35,469 bases of DNA, from positions 1 through 35,469 of the forward strand of contig JACMIO010000103.1 in assembly GCA_014381105.1 (NCBI GenBank), read 5' to 3'. The position numbers and the translations under genes were made by a program. The notes below the pieces were generated by a model. That model saw only the letters and a list, made by a program, of their open reading frames with translations. It was not told the DNA's origin and ran no database searches. The DNA is from a bacterium. GTDB lineage: Archaea; Thermoproteota; Nitrososphaeria; Nitrososphaerales; Nitrososphaeraceae. This document shows, piece by piece, positions 1 through 9,530 of the stretch; the first letter of the stretch is position 1; the number at the start of each line of letters is the position of its first letter.

Positions 1-246
1 AAAACCGCATCTTTTGATACAAACATTTGTAAAATTGATATTCCTGTTGATAACAAAAGTGACCCTGTCGCCGACTTTATTTCTCCTCAATCTGTCTGCA
101 ACCATTGTAGTCATGATCATTTCAGTACCTTTTGTTAGCAACAATTCGACAGCTTGTTTTATCGAAATGTTTTTAGATTCAAGGGCCTGATTCAAAGTTT
201 CAGAGACAACGGGATCTATATCCTTTAACATAGATTCAAAAATCAA
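1..246 (-). CDS. cofH: FO synthase subunit 2 (CofH), 5' part; runs off window start
   Basis: Not in ORF track. Manual translation: (TTG 246 or ATG 231) MLKDIDPVVSETLNQALE...ADRLRRNKVGDRVTFVINRNINFTNVCIKRCGF. This has the NRNINFTNVC motif and the start of the radical-SAM CxxxCxxC. TTG start overlaps the cofG stop (TTGA). Confidence 0.9.
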   Translation of the reverse strand, partial: MIFESMLKDIDPVVSETLNQALESKNISIKQAVELLLTKGTEMIMTTMVADRLRRNKVGDRVTFVINRNINFTNVCIKRCGF

Positions 247-1433
247 CTTAACTCCTCCTTTACAAGGCCGGAACTATCCGAAAGTGGGGTTATGTAGTTC
301 CAAAGTTTATTTGGAACAAATTCTCTTTTGTTCAAGAGAAACTCTGGATAAATTGCAAGTCTTCCTCTAAAGTTATAACCTGCATTTTGAGTTGCCTGTT
401 TAACATCCTTAATATCGGGCCATGGCGACTCTGGATTTACAAAATCAATTGTCAAGGGAGATATACCTCCCCAATCATTAATTCCTGAATTAATGTATGT
501 CGAGTAATAGTTAGGACTAAGATTAGGTGGGACCTGAATGTTCATGTGGGGCATAATAATTCTTGCCAGAGAAACAGTTAGTAAGAACAAATCTTGTGTT
601 GGAGGCATAAAGCTCCCCATTTTAGTATTATATTTTGGAACGTGGTTTTGCATTATCACTTCTTGGATATTAGCATACTTTTGATTAATTTCCCTAATTA
701 GTATTAAAGAATCAACAATTTCTTCTAGTGTTTCCCCAATTCCAATTAGCAACCCTGTCGTTATAGGTATTTTTAATTTTCCTGCATTTTCAAGTGCTCG
801 AGTTCTTGCTCTGGGATTTTTACTGGGTGCATATTCATGTGGCATGTTTTTACCTCCAAGTCGTTCACTAGATGTCTCCAGCATACATCCTAGGCTAACA
901 TTAGTTTTCTTTAATAGTGACAATTCATCATAGTTCAATGTACCTGCATTTGTGTGTGGTAACAGTCCAGTTTCTTCTAAAATCAAGTTACTGATCTGGT
1001 CTACATATTCTATCGTAGTTGAGCAATCATTTTTTCTTAACCATTCTCTGTATTCTGGATATTTTTGCTCGGGCCTTTCTCCCGTCACAATCAATGCTTC
1101 GGTACATTTCAGTCGTTTACCTTGGCTCGCGATATGTAAAGCCTGTTCCTTTGTGAGAATTGACAAATCAGAATCCGATAACTCTTTTTTGTAGGTGCAG
1201 TAAGAACATGTATCCCTGCACAGATTTATCAAATTTATGAATACCTTTCTAGAATATGTAATTAGATCATTTTTGCACTCATCCCTAATTGTTTTCGCTA
1301 GCATACCGAGAGATATTGTATCATATTTTTCTATAAGTTCAAGTACTTCATCTTTACTAATTGGAAAATTCTGTACATTTTGAACTATGTCATTAATTGT
1401 AGATCGATTGATTCCATCCAGCTGAGATTTCAA
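243..1433 (-). CDS. cofG: FO synthase subunit 1 (CofG), radical SAM
   Basis: ITYSRKVFINLINLCRDTCSYCTY, LPHTNAG, IQVPPNL, GINDWGGISPLTIDFVNPESPWP motifs typical of CofG; adjacent to cofH. Confidence 0.93.
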   Translation of the reverse strand: MKSQLDGINRSTINDIVQNVQNFPISKDEVLELIEKYDTISLGMLAKTIRDECKNDLITYSRKVFINLINLCRDTCSYCTYKKELSDSDLSILTKEQALHIASQGKRLKCTEALIVTGERPEQKYPEYREWLRKNDCSTTIEYVDQISNLILEETGLLPHTNAGTLNYDELSLLKKTNVSLGCMLETSSERLGGKNMPHEYAPSKNPRARTRALENAGKLKIPITTGLLIGIGETLEEIVDSLILIREINQKYANIQEVIMQNHVPKYNTKMGSFMPPTQDLFLLTVSLARIIMPHMNIQVPPNLSPNYYSTYINSGINDWGGISPLTIDFVNPESPWPDIKDVKQATQNAGYNFRGRLAIYPEFLLNKREFVPNKLWNYITPLSDSSGLVKEELS

Positions 1434-1593
1434 TGCCCTAGTAATATTGAAGGACTTTATTATTAATAATTTGTTTCAAGACAATAATATGTATCGTGAT
1501 TTCCTTCTACACACAATCCTTACCAGTATTTAGCCAAGTAGCAGAGATTGGCTTAAGTATATTGGATTATTTTCCACCCTGTTCATCTCGATT

Positions 1594-2796
1594 TCATAGA
1601 TGAAATGGGTGCTGCTTTGTACCTACCAAGTAGCTCCTATCACGCCATTTTACCGTTCGATTTCCTTTCAAGGAAAAAGCAGACATCAAGAAACTCGCAG
1701 TTATTACAGTACATCCCAATACAAAACCAAGGCCATAAATTGATTTTTGTAACAGACCGAAACGAGATTGTACAATTGCGCAGATTAGAATTAGAATTAT
1801 TGTCCATAAACAGACAATTTCCAAGGGTCCTTTGAGTGGATTCTCTGATAAATAAAGTAAGGAGAGAGGCAACGTTAGAAATGGTTCCATTAGAATAAAA
1901 AAAATAAAAGCTGTAACCATCATTGCCGATTTTTTCTTCTCCGTGTGTAAGGGTATGATAATACGACGCAATGCATGCCATAGTGAACGTGGGTCTCTGG
2001 CCCACAATGCCTCAACATAATTTTCACCTCTGACCAATCTTAAGTTCATTCCTTGTTCTTTTACAATCCTCCCTAGCGCGCCATCTTCAACTAACTCTCG
2101 ACGAACCTTCTCATGTGTTCCAATTTTCTCGTAATTTGTTTTGGATATTAGGTAAAAACTACCGAAAAAGTAACCGATCTTGTTATTTGGATTATTTACT
2201 CGAAGAGGTGAATATCTTGAATGTAGAAATACAGAAAGAACGGGCAACGTGAATTTTGTAATTATATCTTGACACAAAAGTTTGGGTACTAAAGTGAGTG
2301 CATCTATTTGATCATGCATCATAGTATTGATTGAGGACGATAATACATCTGGTCTGTGTACAGTATCAGCATCAGTAAACAAGAGAATTTCTCCAGTTGA
2401 TTTTTTGTAACCTTGAAAGCATGCCCAGTTCTTTCCAACCCAATCATCTGGTCTGGGTGGACACTTTATTGGTATCAATGTGTGGTTATTTTTGGACAAA
2501 TCTGAGATAATTGAAAATGTATTATCTGTGGAGGAATCATCAACTGCGATTACTTCGTAGTTGTCATAATCTTGAGACAACAATGATTGAAGACACTTGG
2601 ATATTGTTAGTCCTTCATTTCTTGCAGGTACAATAATGCTAACCATGGGTTTTGATTTTATTCGATATCTTGCTGACCATTCTAATTTGGGTGATTTTGA
2701 AATTGACCACGAAATTAAAATCAGAAAATATACCCAACAGGCAAGGATTCCAATATTAATTGCTAATATGATACCAAGTGGTACTAAAATAATCAA
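1594..2796 (-). CDS. Membrane GT2 glycosyltransferase (HpnB/CrtQ-like)
   Basis: N-terminal TM, VSIIVPARNE, VDDSSTD, WVGKNWAC, FTDAD (DxD), ELVEDG, C-terminal TMs ending in WRDR. Confidence 0.85.
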   Translation of the reverse strand: MIILVPLGIILAINIGILACWVYFLILISWSISKSPKLEWSARYRIKSKPMVSIIVPARNEGLTISKCLQSLLSQDYDNYEVIAVDDSSTDNTFSIISDLSKNNHTLIPIKCPPRPDDWVGKNWACFQGYKKSTGEILLFTDADTVHRPDVLSSSINTMMHDQIDALTLVPKLLCQDIITKFTLPVLSVFLHSRYSPLRVNNPNNKIGYFFGSFYLISKTNYEKIGTHEKVRRELVEDGALGRIVKEQGMNLRLVRGENYVEALWARDPRSLWHALRRIIIPLHTEKKKSAMMVTAFIFFILMEPFLTLPLSLLYLSENPLKGPLEIVCLWTIILILICAIVQSRFGLLQKSIYGLGFVLGCTVITASFLMSAFSLKGNRTVKWRDRSYLVGTKQHPFHL

Positions 2797-2932
2797 TTGA
2801 TATCGTTAACCTATTCTAAATATAGACTATACGATAGATACTATTCTGGATGATAACTAACTGCCCCCTATCAAATTAATAAATTCAGATTGTGCTGATT
2901 AGGCAGCTATAGTCGAATAAACTATTAAAGAA

Positions 2933-3229
2933 TTAAACACCCAAAATCTGTTTTAGGAGAGCTCTATAATCTACACTTTCTTTACTGCTTCCCGGTGCAG
3001 GTAATTCAAAAATCAACGGAATTGGGCGTTTGGCTCTAATACTAGTCAGTTGGCTTCGGATTTCTTTTCCAATGTCTTCACTGATAAGAACAAGTCCTAC
3101 ATCGCTGACATTATCTAGATTATTGATTTGGTGAAGAGCTTCGGTGGCTGACTCAACCTTAACACCTTCGACACCGGCTAATTGAAAGCTTGTTACAAAA
3201 ATTCTACTTCCAACAGCCATAATTCTCAA
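2933..3229 (-). CDS. atpF: A/V-type ATP synthase subunit F
   Basis: MRIMAVGSRIFVTSFQLAGVEG...GLVLISE...PLIFELP pattern; 98 aa. Confidence 0.88.
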   Translation of the reverse strand: MRIMAVGSRIFVTSFQLAGVEGVKVESATEALHQINNLDNVSDVGLVLISEDIGKEIRSQLTSIRAKRPIPLIFELPAPGSSKESVDYRALLKQILGV

Positions 3230-3348
3230 TTTGTCTTACACTCCTAATCTCGTAGTTCTTTTTAATTCTTTGTATAATAATGAAGCAGGGAGATCTCGAA
3301 TTTTTAGGACATTACAGATAAATCATGGTTTTTTAACTCCTTTCAACA

Positions 3349-4638
3349 TTGTCTGAGAACCAGGATCTTAGGATATTGTATGTTCTGTTAGATGGAATAG
3401 GTGATTTGCCAAACCCGGATTTGGACGGTAAAACTCCATTAGAGGCAGCTAATACTCCCAATATTGATGTTTTGGCAAGAAAGGGGAAAATGGGTCAGGT
3501 AATAAGCGTTGGCGAGGGAATATCCCCTCAATCTGATATCGCTGTATTCAATATGTTAGGTTACGATTTTCAGGGAAAAAAATATGCCGGGAGGGGAATT
3601 GTAGAAATAATTGGATCCGGGGTTGAGTTCCGCGATGGAGACCTGGCTCTAAGAGGTAACTTAGCAACGCTAGATAACAGCAAAATAATAGATAGGCGAG
3701 CAGGTCGCGATATCATTAAGCAAGAAGCAAGTACCATTTGTTCATTTCTTGAAGACAATGTAAAATTTGACGATCCGGATGTCTCTGTTAAGATAACTCC
3801 TACGATTTCTCATCGTGTAATTATTAAATTTAGACACAATAAGAAATCCCTATCTGATAAAATAACTAATACAGATCCTGCATATGGTAAACTAAATGGT
3901 ATCGGGATTGCTAAAACTGACATTGAAATTATGGCTGTACAGGAATCTGCATCAGAAGACAATACTGAGTCATCTATATTATCCGCAAAAATTGTTAATG
4001 AATTTACTAGGAAATCTATTGCTTTAATGAAGGATCACCAAGTAAATCTTGACAGAATTTCAAAAAGCAAGAAACCAATGAGTGTTATACTATTGCGAGA
4101 TGCAGGGAACAGTGTTCCTTATCTTCAACCGATAAATGAAAAGTATGGGATTTCTACTTCCTGTCTTGTTGACATGCCCGTAGAAATCGGAATCGCGAAA
4201 ATAATTGGTATGGATTTATTTTGTTCACAAAAAATTGATGATTATAGGCAAAAGGGAACAGAAGCTGCAAAAATCCTTGACTCGTATAATCTAGTCTATG
4301 TTCACATAAAAGGGCCTGATGAATATGGGCATGATGGCGACGCACTGGGTAAAAAGTCCAATATTGAACTAATAGATGAAAATTTCTTTGGCGTATTCTT
4401 AAAATCAGTAACTAGGAAGCATGTAGTGGTAATTTCAGGTGATCATTCTACACCTTGCATTAAAAAATCACATACAGATGACCCAATCCCATTATTAGTA
4501 TCGGGAAATGGTATCAAAAGTGATGGAAGTCAACGCTTTACAGAATCTTGGGCAAGTAAAGGCTCTATGGGCACTTTGAAAGGATCCCAAGTAATTTCAT
4601 ATGTACTGAAAATGATGAGCACACAAAAGAATAATTAG
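3349..4638 (+). CDS. apgM: 2,3-bisphosphoglycerate-independent phosphoglycerate mutase, archaeal type
   Basis: LLDGIGD, GKTPLEAANTPNID, PQSD, DRRAGR, HIKGPDEYGHDGD, SGDHSTP, HTDDPIP metal-binding motifs. Confidence 0.92.
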   Translation: MSENQDLRILYVLLDGIGDLPNPDLDGKTPLEAANTPNIDVLARKGKMGQVISVGEGISPQSDIAVFNMLGYDFQGKKYAGRGIVEIIGSGVEFRDGDLALRGNLATLDNSKIIDRRAGRDIIKQEASTICSFLEDNVKFDDPDVSVKITPTISHRVIIKFRHNKKSLSDKITNTDPAYGKLNGIGIAKTDIEIMAVQESASEDNTESSILSAKIVNEFTRKSIALMKDHQVNLDRISKSKKPMSVILLRDAGNSVPYLQPINEKYGISTSCLVDMPVEIGIAKIIGMDLFCSQKIDDYRQKGTEAAKILDSYNLVYVHIKGPDEYGHDGDALGKKSNIELIDENFFGVFLKSVTRKHVVVISGDHSTPCIKKSHTDDPIPLLVSGNGIKSDGSQRFTESWASKGSMGTLKGSQVISYVLKMMSTQKNN

Positions 4639-4659
4639 AAATGTAATCTCACAAGATAT

Positions 4660-5067
4660 TCATTGCTGTGTTCCAGTCAGGGTTATCTTGCACTGTTCGC
4701 ATACCTTTTCGTCAATATTTCTCTCAAGACTATGATGTGCATCGCATATAATAAGTGAGTACCGCATATAATTACACAGCCCAATAAATTTTGAAAGAGT
4801 TTTTGCTGTATATGCTCTATTAGTTGAAAGATCATTGCTGATTTCTTTAATCATGCTCATGATTTCACTGAGGGACATGAGTTTTGAAATTAACTCGTTA
4901 TCTCCACGAGTACCTCGCAGATAATTGCTTACTGCTGCTTGAGTAATTCCCAACATTCTAGCTGCTTCTTCTTCCTTTAACCCTTTTTCGATCACCAGCT
5001 CTTTTGATAATATTGCTCTTATCGCAGGGATTAGTAATTTGGACTCAATTTCTGATGGAAGTAGCAT
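4660..5067 (-). CDS. Archaeal HTH transcriptional regulator (COG2522-like) with Cys/His C-terminus
   Basis: LIPAIRAILSKEL...EEEAARMLGITQAAVSNYLRGTRG helix-turn-helix; C-terminal C...ICDAH...CEQC. Confidence 0.82.
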   Translation of the reverse strand: MLLPSEIESKLLIPAIRAILSKELVIEKGLKEEEAARMLGITQAAVSNYLRGTRGDNELISKLMSLSEIMSMIKEISNDLSTNRAYTAKTLSKFIGLCNYMRYSLIICDAHHSLERNIDEKVCEQCKITLTGTQQ

Positions 5068-5293
5068 TAGGTGAGCCTAAATATAGCTTTGTTAAATATA
5101 TATAGTTTCTTTCGCACATTTACAAACAGTAAAGATTTATCATACCTTTTTCGGTTCAGGTTTTAATAATTAATTTGTTATTCGGTATATTTGATTACGA
5201 TTTCTAGAGGTCTGTTTCATTAAACGAGTTTAGTAATAGGCAATTTTGATCAAAAATTACATTTATTAATACTAGAATATTATTGACTAGAAA

Positions 5294-5746
5294 TTGCAAA
5301 AATTCGACGATTTAGACATGAAAATATTGTCAGAACTTTGTAAGAATGCTAATATTTCTGTGCCAAGATTGAGTAAATTATTATCCACTAATTCGTCTGT
5401 ACTATATAGTAGAATTAAGCGACTGTATAAGAGAAATTTGATCCAAAAATCCACCATAATTGTGAATGAACCTCTTTTAGGAATCAATGTAAAGGCCGTG
5501 GTTGGAATAAACAGAGATCCAAAATTAAAAGAGGAAATTCACACTGCGTTATTGAAAATATTTCAGATAATATCGATTTCTGAAGTAACAGGAAGGTTTG
5601 ATATCCTGGTGACTATCAGTGCAACCACTCTGGAAGAACTCCACAATGTTGTCATTAAACAGATTGGGAAAATTGAAGGAGTTCAGAATACTGAAACCTT
5701 TGTAGAAATGCAAAGAACAGAGAAGGAACGTATTTTTACCGCATAA
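5294..5746 (+). CDS. Lrp/AsnC family transcriptional regulator
   Basis: DDLDMKILSEL...SRIKRL HTH; EVTGRFDILV and IGKIEGVQNTET RAM domain. Confidence 0.9.
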   Translation: MQKFDDLDMKILSELCKNANISVPRLSKLLSTNSSVLYSRIKRLYKRNLIQKSTIIVNEPLLGINVKAVVGINRDPKLKEEIHTALLKIFQIISISEVTGRFDILVTISATTLEELHNVVIKQIGKIEGVQNTETFVEMQRTEKERIFTA

Positions 5747-6092
5747 CTATACTAATTATACCTCAAGATTGGTAGAAAATCATTGGCATTAGATTTTTTT
5801 TAAAGCTATTTGATAGTAACGCAATAAAATTGATTTTTAACGCATAGTCATTTCGATTAAGCATTTTTTTACTACATATTGCTCTAGGGCGTGTCAGAAG
5901 TATGATCTATTTGAAATGTCTACTAGCTAATGGATATTTGAGTATGAGTATCTTCGATGGTTAGCAATTCTCGGTATTGCATGATTTATCTTATCTGATT
6001 TGTCCGGTCATGACTTTTTTTGGCCAATTGTGAGTTTTGTTCATAATATCGATAGATTCAAATATTCCAATCTTGCGGTAAAATATGAATTT

Positions 6093-6272
6093 TTGTCTTT
6101 TGTACAACAAAAAGTATTGGAAATAACCCAAACTCTGAAACTTGCAAAAAAAACTAGCAAGGATGACTATATGACCCATCTCAGATTGGTGCTATTGGGA
6201 ATTGGCATAGTAGGCGGAATTGCTTTTGTCATTAAGTTGATTGCAGAATTTCTAACCTTTAATGGAGAGTAA
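6093..6272 (+). CDS. secE: Protein translocase SecE / Sec61-gamma
   Basis: TLKLAKKTSKDDYMTHLRLVLLGIGIVGGIAFVIKLI: amphipathic helix, hinge and single TM. Probable start is the in-frame TTG at 6093 (59 aa), not 6000. Confidence 0.8.
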   Translation: MSFVQQKVLEITQTLKLAKKTSKDDYMTHLRLVLLGIGIVGGIAFVIKLIAEFLTFNGE

Positions 6273-6350
6273 AGGATTATTTTTATACAGCAAATCGAAT
6301 TTCGAATAAGATTAATTTACTAGTCGTAGTAGTCCTTTAGGGTAGCCAAA

Positions 6351-7379
6351 TTGAAAAAAATAATAGGGACTCTTGGATCTCACTGCTCACTTCAGGTGTT
6401 AAAGGGTGCAAAGGATGAAGGTTTTAAAACTCTATTGATAACGGAAAAGAAGCGGTACCGTGTATACAAGAGATTTAATTTTATTGACCACATTATACTG
6501 GTTGACAATTTTAGAGATATTCTAAAGCCAGATATTCAAAAAAGATTAAACCAATTAAATTGTATTCTGATACCTCACGGTACTCTCATTTCTACCTTAA
6601 GTTCTGATGAAATAGAAAGTATTAACGTCCCTTTTTTTGGTAATAAATTTATTTTAAGATGGGAGGCTGATCGAAATCTTAAACAAAAACTGATGGTAGA
6701 ATCAAAACTGCAAGTTCCAAGAGAAATAAATTCAAAGAGTGAAATTAAAGATCTTTGCATTGTGAAGTTACACGGAGCTGCTGGAGGTAAGGGATATTTC
6801 CTTACATCAGATCAAAGTGGTTTCGAAGAAGGATTCCATAAACTCTTGAATGATGATGTAGTTACTAACGAAAATGAGCTATACATTCAAGAATATGTGA
6901 AGGGAGTTCCTGTGTTTCTACATTTCTTTTATTCTCCAATCTCAGGAGAGATAGAGTTTATGGGTGTAGATAGAAGATACGAAACGGATATAGACGGTAT
7001 TTCGCGAATTCCCTCAAAACATCAGCTAAATGTCCCAACGGAACCTACCTACAATGTAGTAGGAAATATCCCGCTAGTTTTAAGGGAATCCCTTTTGGAG
7101 GGAGTATACCAAATGGGTGAAAATTTTGTTGAGGCTTCTGAAAGGCTTGTTCCTCCAGGAATCCCTGGACCATTTTGCTTGGAAGGAGTGTATAATAGGG
7201 ATGCAAAATTCATTACTTTTGAATTTTCTGCAAGAATTGTTGCCGGAACCAATCTGTATGTGTCTGGTTCACCGTATTCGGACTTTCTGTTTAAGAATAA
7301 GATGAGTATGGGGAGAAGGATTGCATTAGAGATAAGAAACGCATTAAACAAAAGAAAACTTGATGAAGTCCTCACATAG
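6351..7379 (+). CDS. purP: FAICAR synthetase PurP family (ATP-grasp)
   Basis: TLGSHCSLQVLKGAKDEGF, IPHGT, GAAGGKGYF, GVDRRYE, GNIPLVLRESLL, FEFSARIVAGTN, MSMGRRIA. Confidence 0.92.
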   Translation: MKKIIGTLGSHCSLQVLKGAKDEGFKTLLITEKKRYRVYKRFNFIDHIILVDNFRDILKPDIQKRLNQLNCILIPHGTLISTLSSDEIESINVPFFGNKFILRWEADRNLKQKLMVESKLQVPREINSKSEIKDLCIVKLHGAAGGKGYFLTSDQSGFEEGFHKLLNDDVVTNENELYIQEYVKGVPVFLHFFYSPISGEIEFMGVDRRYETDIDGISRIPSKHQLNVPTEPTYNVVGNIPLVLRESLLEGVYQMGENFVEASERLVPPGIPGPFCLEGVYNRDAKFITFEFSARIVAGTNLYVSGSPYSDFLFKNKMSMGRRIALEIRNALNKRKLDEVLT

Positions 7380-7408
7380 GAACCTAAATGTTCCCGTTGG
7401 AATTAAAT

Positions 7409-8071
7409 TCATTGTTGAATAAGATCGATTGAATTAATCAAACCATATATTGGGTTTTTCAAAAAATGTTCCAAGCTTTTTTTATCGTTAATATCCATCA
7501 TTATTACTTTTTCATTTACAAGTGTTACTGTCATAGGAACATCTTTCCATTCCAATACTCCATTAGTATATATATCAACATTGCATTTAAAACCTGAAGA
7601 ATTGTCACTTTTATTTTTATACAAAATCCCAAGCCTGTCTTTGATGTCGTGATCAACTGACTCATTTGACACCGGCTTGTAAACAATTGTATGAAAATGA
7701 ATACCTCTTCCATCAACCTCGATCATTGTAAAGTTGCTTTTGAAATAAGTCAAATTATTCTTTAACACATCAATCCTCCATTTTCCTCCTAGAAGATATT
7801 TGGAAGATGAATTGGTATTGATGTCCTTGACAATGGGTTTTGTACTATTTGACGCATCCTGCAAAAAAAGAATAGTATTTATCGTTCCTTCGGCGTTGAA
7901 AGACGAATTTGAAGTTTGATAAATAAGATCGGACGCATTTGTCATAAAAGTTTGTCCATAAGCATTCGAATCAAAATAATCATATTCACTAAAAATAAAG
8001 ATTTGAAGACAAATCACAAGTGAGATCAAATTAATAGTTGAAATAATAAGCAGGTTGTGACCCCACATCAT
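7409..8071 (-). CDS. Secreted or membrane-anchored hypothetical protein
   Basis: N-terminal hydrophobic segment, AYG cleavage-like site, beta-rich body (LGGKWRIDV, FTMIEVDGRGIHFH, HFLKNPIYG), many N-x-S/T sequons. Confidence 0.75.
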   Translation of the reverse strand: MMWGHNLLIISTINLISLVICLQIFIFSEYDYFDSNAYGQTFMTNASDLIYQTSNSSFNAEGTINTILFLQDASNSTKPIVKDINTNSSSKYLLGGKWRIDVLKNNLTYFKSNFTMIEVDGRGIHFHTIVYKPVSNESVDHDIKDRLGILYKNKSDNSSGFKCNVDIYTNGVLEWKDVPMTVTLVNEKVIMMDINDKKSLEHFLKNPIYGLINSIDLIQQ

Positions 8072-8171
8072 TACTCAAAATTAGAAATATAACATAACTT
8101 AAATTTTACACTAATATTTAATAATTTAGAAATTCTTGATAGATATTAAACTATGTTGTACTATCTCGAGT

Positions 8172-8378
8172 ATGAAAGTTCTCAATATCATTTTGCTTAC
8201 CCTTTCGGTAATCTTTGCGAGCATGCTAACTGCAACTGTTTCTGCTAGTTTGTCTGACGATTATTGTTACGATCATGAACTGGAGGATTCCCTTTGTTAT
8301 GAAACCCAAAAGGCGTGCGAAATTGAGCGAAAAAATGACCTAATGGCAGAAGGTAAATGTTATAAGGCCATTATGTAG
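8172..8378 (+). CDS. Small secreted protein with 4 Cys
   Basis: Probable start ATG 8172: MKVLNIILLTLSVIFASMLTATVSA signal peptide, then an acidic 43-aa mature peptide with 4 Cys. Confidence 0.72.
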   Translation: MKVLNIILLTLSVIFASMLTATVSASLSDDYCYDHELEDSLCYETQKACEIERKNDLMAEGKCYKAIM

Positions 8379-8542
8379 AAAATTTTTTAATATCTTTTGC
8401 GAATAAATATATCGGTCTCTCCGGACTGATGGGAGGACAACGCGCAACCTTTGCGGTTGTATCCATTCATACCTCACATCAACTTTGAATTAATTTAATA
8501 ATTTATTGTACATATCCAATCGTCAAGTTCAACTATCAAGGT

Positions 8543-8836
8543 TTATTGTAATTTGATTATTTCATCCCATGTACCAGTTACCGAAAGCATATAGTATTTG
8601 CTTTGATCCGCTGATTCTAAGTGTATGATATCACCTGGCGTAATCTGAATTTGAAATAATCTGTTCAGGAATTGCAGGAAACTTGGCCCTGCTACTATGC
8701 TCTTTACTTCCTTTTTAAAGGGGTTATCATAGTACTCTTTCAAAGTATCCGCTAGTCCCAAACTACTAAGTTGTTCAACTAATTCAGACAAATCAACAAA
8801 TTGTGAATTCCTCTTGTAGACCATAAGAATCGCCAT
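8543..8836 (-). CDS. Hypothetical protein (97 aa)
   Basis: Clean ORF with ATG; TATA-like TATATATA at about 8850-8857 and TTATAT at about 8871-8876 upstream on the minus strand. Confidence 0.7.
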   Translation of the reverse strand: MAILMVYKRNSQFVDLSELVEQLSSLGLADTLKEYYDNPFKKEVKSIVAGPSFLQFLNRLFQIQITPGDIIHLESADQSKYYMLSVTGTWDEIIKLQ

Positions 8837-9009
8837 TGTAAAATCTCATTATATATACGCTGCCATGCATATATAACACTTATCTGTTAAAGTGCGACTG
8901 CCAATTATTGATATTGTGCATGAGTATCGAGTTTAAGCAGTTTCGCTTTGCGAGTTGCTCGGTTTTGATATTACCAAGACTTATTAACGAATAAGTGATA
9001 ACATACTTA

Positions 9010-9147
9010 TTGTATAACTCTTGTTCGATATGCGGAAATGACTTCAACAATCTAGTTAGCGGTGTTATTTATTTAAGTACAGTAAAGGGAAAACTAGAAT
9101 TCTGTTCAGATAAATGCTGCAGAGATTTCTTAAAGAAAAATTTGTAG
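9010..9147 (+). CDS. Small TRASH/YHS-like metal-binding protein (45 aa)
   Basis: Not in ORF track. TTG start: MYNSCSICGNDFNNLVSGVIYLSTVKGKLEFCSDKCCRDFLKKNL; CxxC-x(23)-CSxxC with the FCS signature. Confidence 0.78.
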   Translation: MYNSCSICGNDFNNLVSGVIYLSTVKGKLEFCSDKCCRDFLKKNL

Positions 9148-9530
9148 GTCTACGCCTCTTTGGATTTAATACTTTTCTCTAAGTTAGTATTATTTAACGT
9201 AAAATAGAACGACCAGGATTGTCAATGAATTACGGGAAGAATAGAAGTTTGTAGATTTGAAAAATAAGACAAATAGCCATTAATAGACGTAGACGTAATA
9301 AGTCCTAGTGAATAAATCCACAAAATGTATTGAACAACAGCATGATCTGTGTGATGGAAACATAATAGAAATGATCAATAACTCCAGCGTAACGAGAATA
9401 TGTGAATGTCAATGTCATGATTATATGTATAAACTAGTCAGTAGAATGCAGGCTGCAGATAATAATCAGTAGTTGTACCAACAGGGGTATAATGATTTCA
9501 TATTTTTTTATCAAATATTTACCGGAGGTC

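Noticed and set aside
5884-5902. CTAGGGCGTGTCAGAAGTA, reminiscent of an IS end, with a 12-nt inverted match near 33314-33325
   Set aside because: No transposase; the partner lies inside the GH5 coding sequence, and 12-nt matches are expected by chance in 35 kb.
9190-9480. Possible degraded membrane-protein gene on the minus strand
   Set aside because: Only short hydrophobic fragments in different frames, with no recognisable family.
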